Shown here: in pieces, positions 62,701 through 64,000 of the stretch
Numbering within the stretch: position 1 is the stretch's first letter
Layout of the letters: the number at the start of each line of letters is the position of its first letter
Origin: Felis catus
Taxonomy: Eukaryota
Direction: 5' to 3'
Length of the DNA stretch: 64,000 nucleotides
Assembly: GCF_018350175.1 (NCBI RefSeq)
Contig: NC_058382.1
Location: 53,446,001-53,510,000, forward strand
Notes under the pieces: generated by a model
Database searches by the model: none
Told to the model about the DNA's origin: nothing
The model's input: the letters and a program-made list of their open reading frames with translations, nothing else
Made by a program: the position numbers and the translations under genes

Positions 62701-63515
62701 CCATGCGCAAATCATGCCAAAGCCACGTCCGTGACCACTAAACTATATGCTGTGTGTCTTCCCAGATAAAGTGTCATGTGGTTCGCATTATCCTGGAAGA
62801 CAGGGGAGGAGGAGACGATGGGCCCACCAGCCAGAGGTGCTGTTTCCCATTTTCTCCTGCTGCCAGCTAGTTTGCAGGTAGGGTTTGTTCCTCTGCTGAA
62901 TAGGTTTTTCATGTGCTTTTTGTCTCTTCCCAGAGGAACACCGCAGAGCATTCCAAGACCTTGGCAAAAAAGTTGCTTTATGTTCTTCCCTCCTAAAGGC
63001 TGGATGAACAGAGCCACGTTAGGGGACACTCCTTTCTTTCTTTTCTCGCTTGATGAGCTGTTGGTCAGCCCTCAAGGAGCCCACCATCCCTGCACGTGTG
63101 GTGTGCTTCTAATCTCTACTTTGCTTTTGGGAACGACAACCTAAGCGGATGCACTCTGAAATGAAAATTATCGATAACAATTCCAAACTACCACCACCGT
63201 TGCCTGCTTTGTGGAGTTATCACGTTGAGTTATTTTGACTCCACCACACTCCCTAGAGAGGGGGATGAAACTCATCCTTAGCCTTCCGCTACTCAAAGGC
63301 ATGCCACAGATTGTCTGAAGCCATAGCAAAAGAAAAGTGTGTCAAGTAATTCGCTGTAAGGAGGAAAAATGCAAATGTTTAAGTTGGGGGCTGAAAAAAA
63401 AAAAAAGAATGGCGATCACTGCAGAAGACTCTGGGAACAAAATTTCCGCTCAGGACCCCTAAGGAGTAGGAGAACTGATTCTTTTTTGGATGATCTCAAG
63501 TGGTTTGAATTGTAA

Positions 63516-63741
63516 ATTTTTTTAATGTTTATTTATTTTAGAGAGAGAGAGAGGGAGGGAGAGAGAAACAGAGAGAGAGAGTAGGGGAGCGGCAGAGAGA
63601 GAGGGAGACACAGAATCCGAAGCAGGCTCCAGGCTCTGAGCTGTCAGCACAGAGCCCGACGCGGGGCTCAAACCCACAACCCACGAGATCATGACCTGAG
63701 CTGAAGTTGGATGCTCAACCACTTGAGCCACCCAGGTGCCC
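63516..63741 (-). mobile_element. CanSINE
   Basis: TSD gtgg(t/c)ttgaattgtaa at ~63500 and ~63746. Confidence 0.93.
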
Positions 63742-64000
63742 CAAGGTGGCTTGAATTGTAAGTATAAACTGGTTTTAACTGGCGCCCAGTGCAGTCTTGC
63801 AACCCAAGACCAGAACGGGTCACAGGGTTGCAATCCCCCCAACCACAGGGAGGGAATGAAGGCAGGTACTCGGTCACTCAGGGCTTCATCAGCAGGCAAA
63901 GCCAAGCCTTTCGTTTGTTGTGTACCACAGTCAACAGAAAATTGTTGCTTAATTAACCCCTCTGAATGAATACCTGGTAACTAATAAACCCATGAAGTAT

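Noticed and set aside
713..63741. Dispersed ~200-bp repeats with tRNA-like heads as tRNA genes or a CRISPR-like array
   Set aside because: Irregular spacing, both orientations, poly-A tails and TSDs identify them as SINEs; there is no full cloverleaf and no repeat-spacer periodicity.

Overview
Mammalian nuclear genomic DNA, almost certainly from a felid. The window carries more than 20 tRNA-derived CanSINEs, including young feline SINEC_Fc-type copies with perfect target-site duplications (TSDs). These sit on a background of ancient eutherian repeats: MIR, L2, L1M, MaLR/MLT1 solo LTRs and MER5-type hAT MITEs. I recognise no protein-coding gene; the ORF-track entries are explained by SINEs, microsatellites, decayed L1 or chance. 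The most informative unique feature is a CpG-island promoter at ~49.8-50.6 kb, with two opposed CCAAT boxes, GC boxes and an RFX half-site. It contains a coherent set of minus-strand splice signals suggesting non-coding 5' exons of a leftward transcript, so much of the window may be a long intron. A few other isolated exon-like segments, nested or stacked transposon insertions and non-B-DNA tracts are reported. I found no evidence for a novel multi-gene system, CRISPR array or prokaryotic sequence. Repeat subfamily names are from recalled consensus similarity, not from a search.
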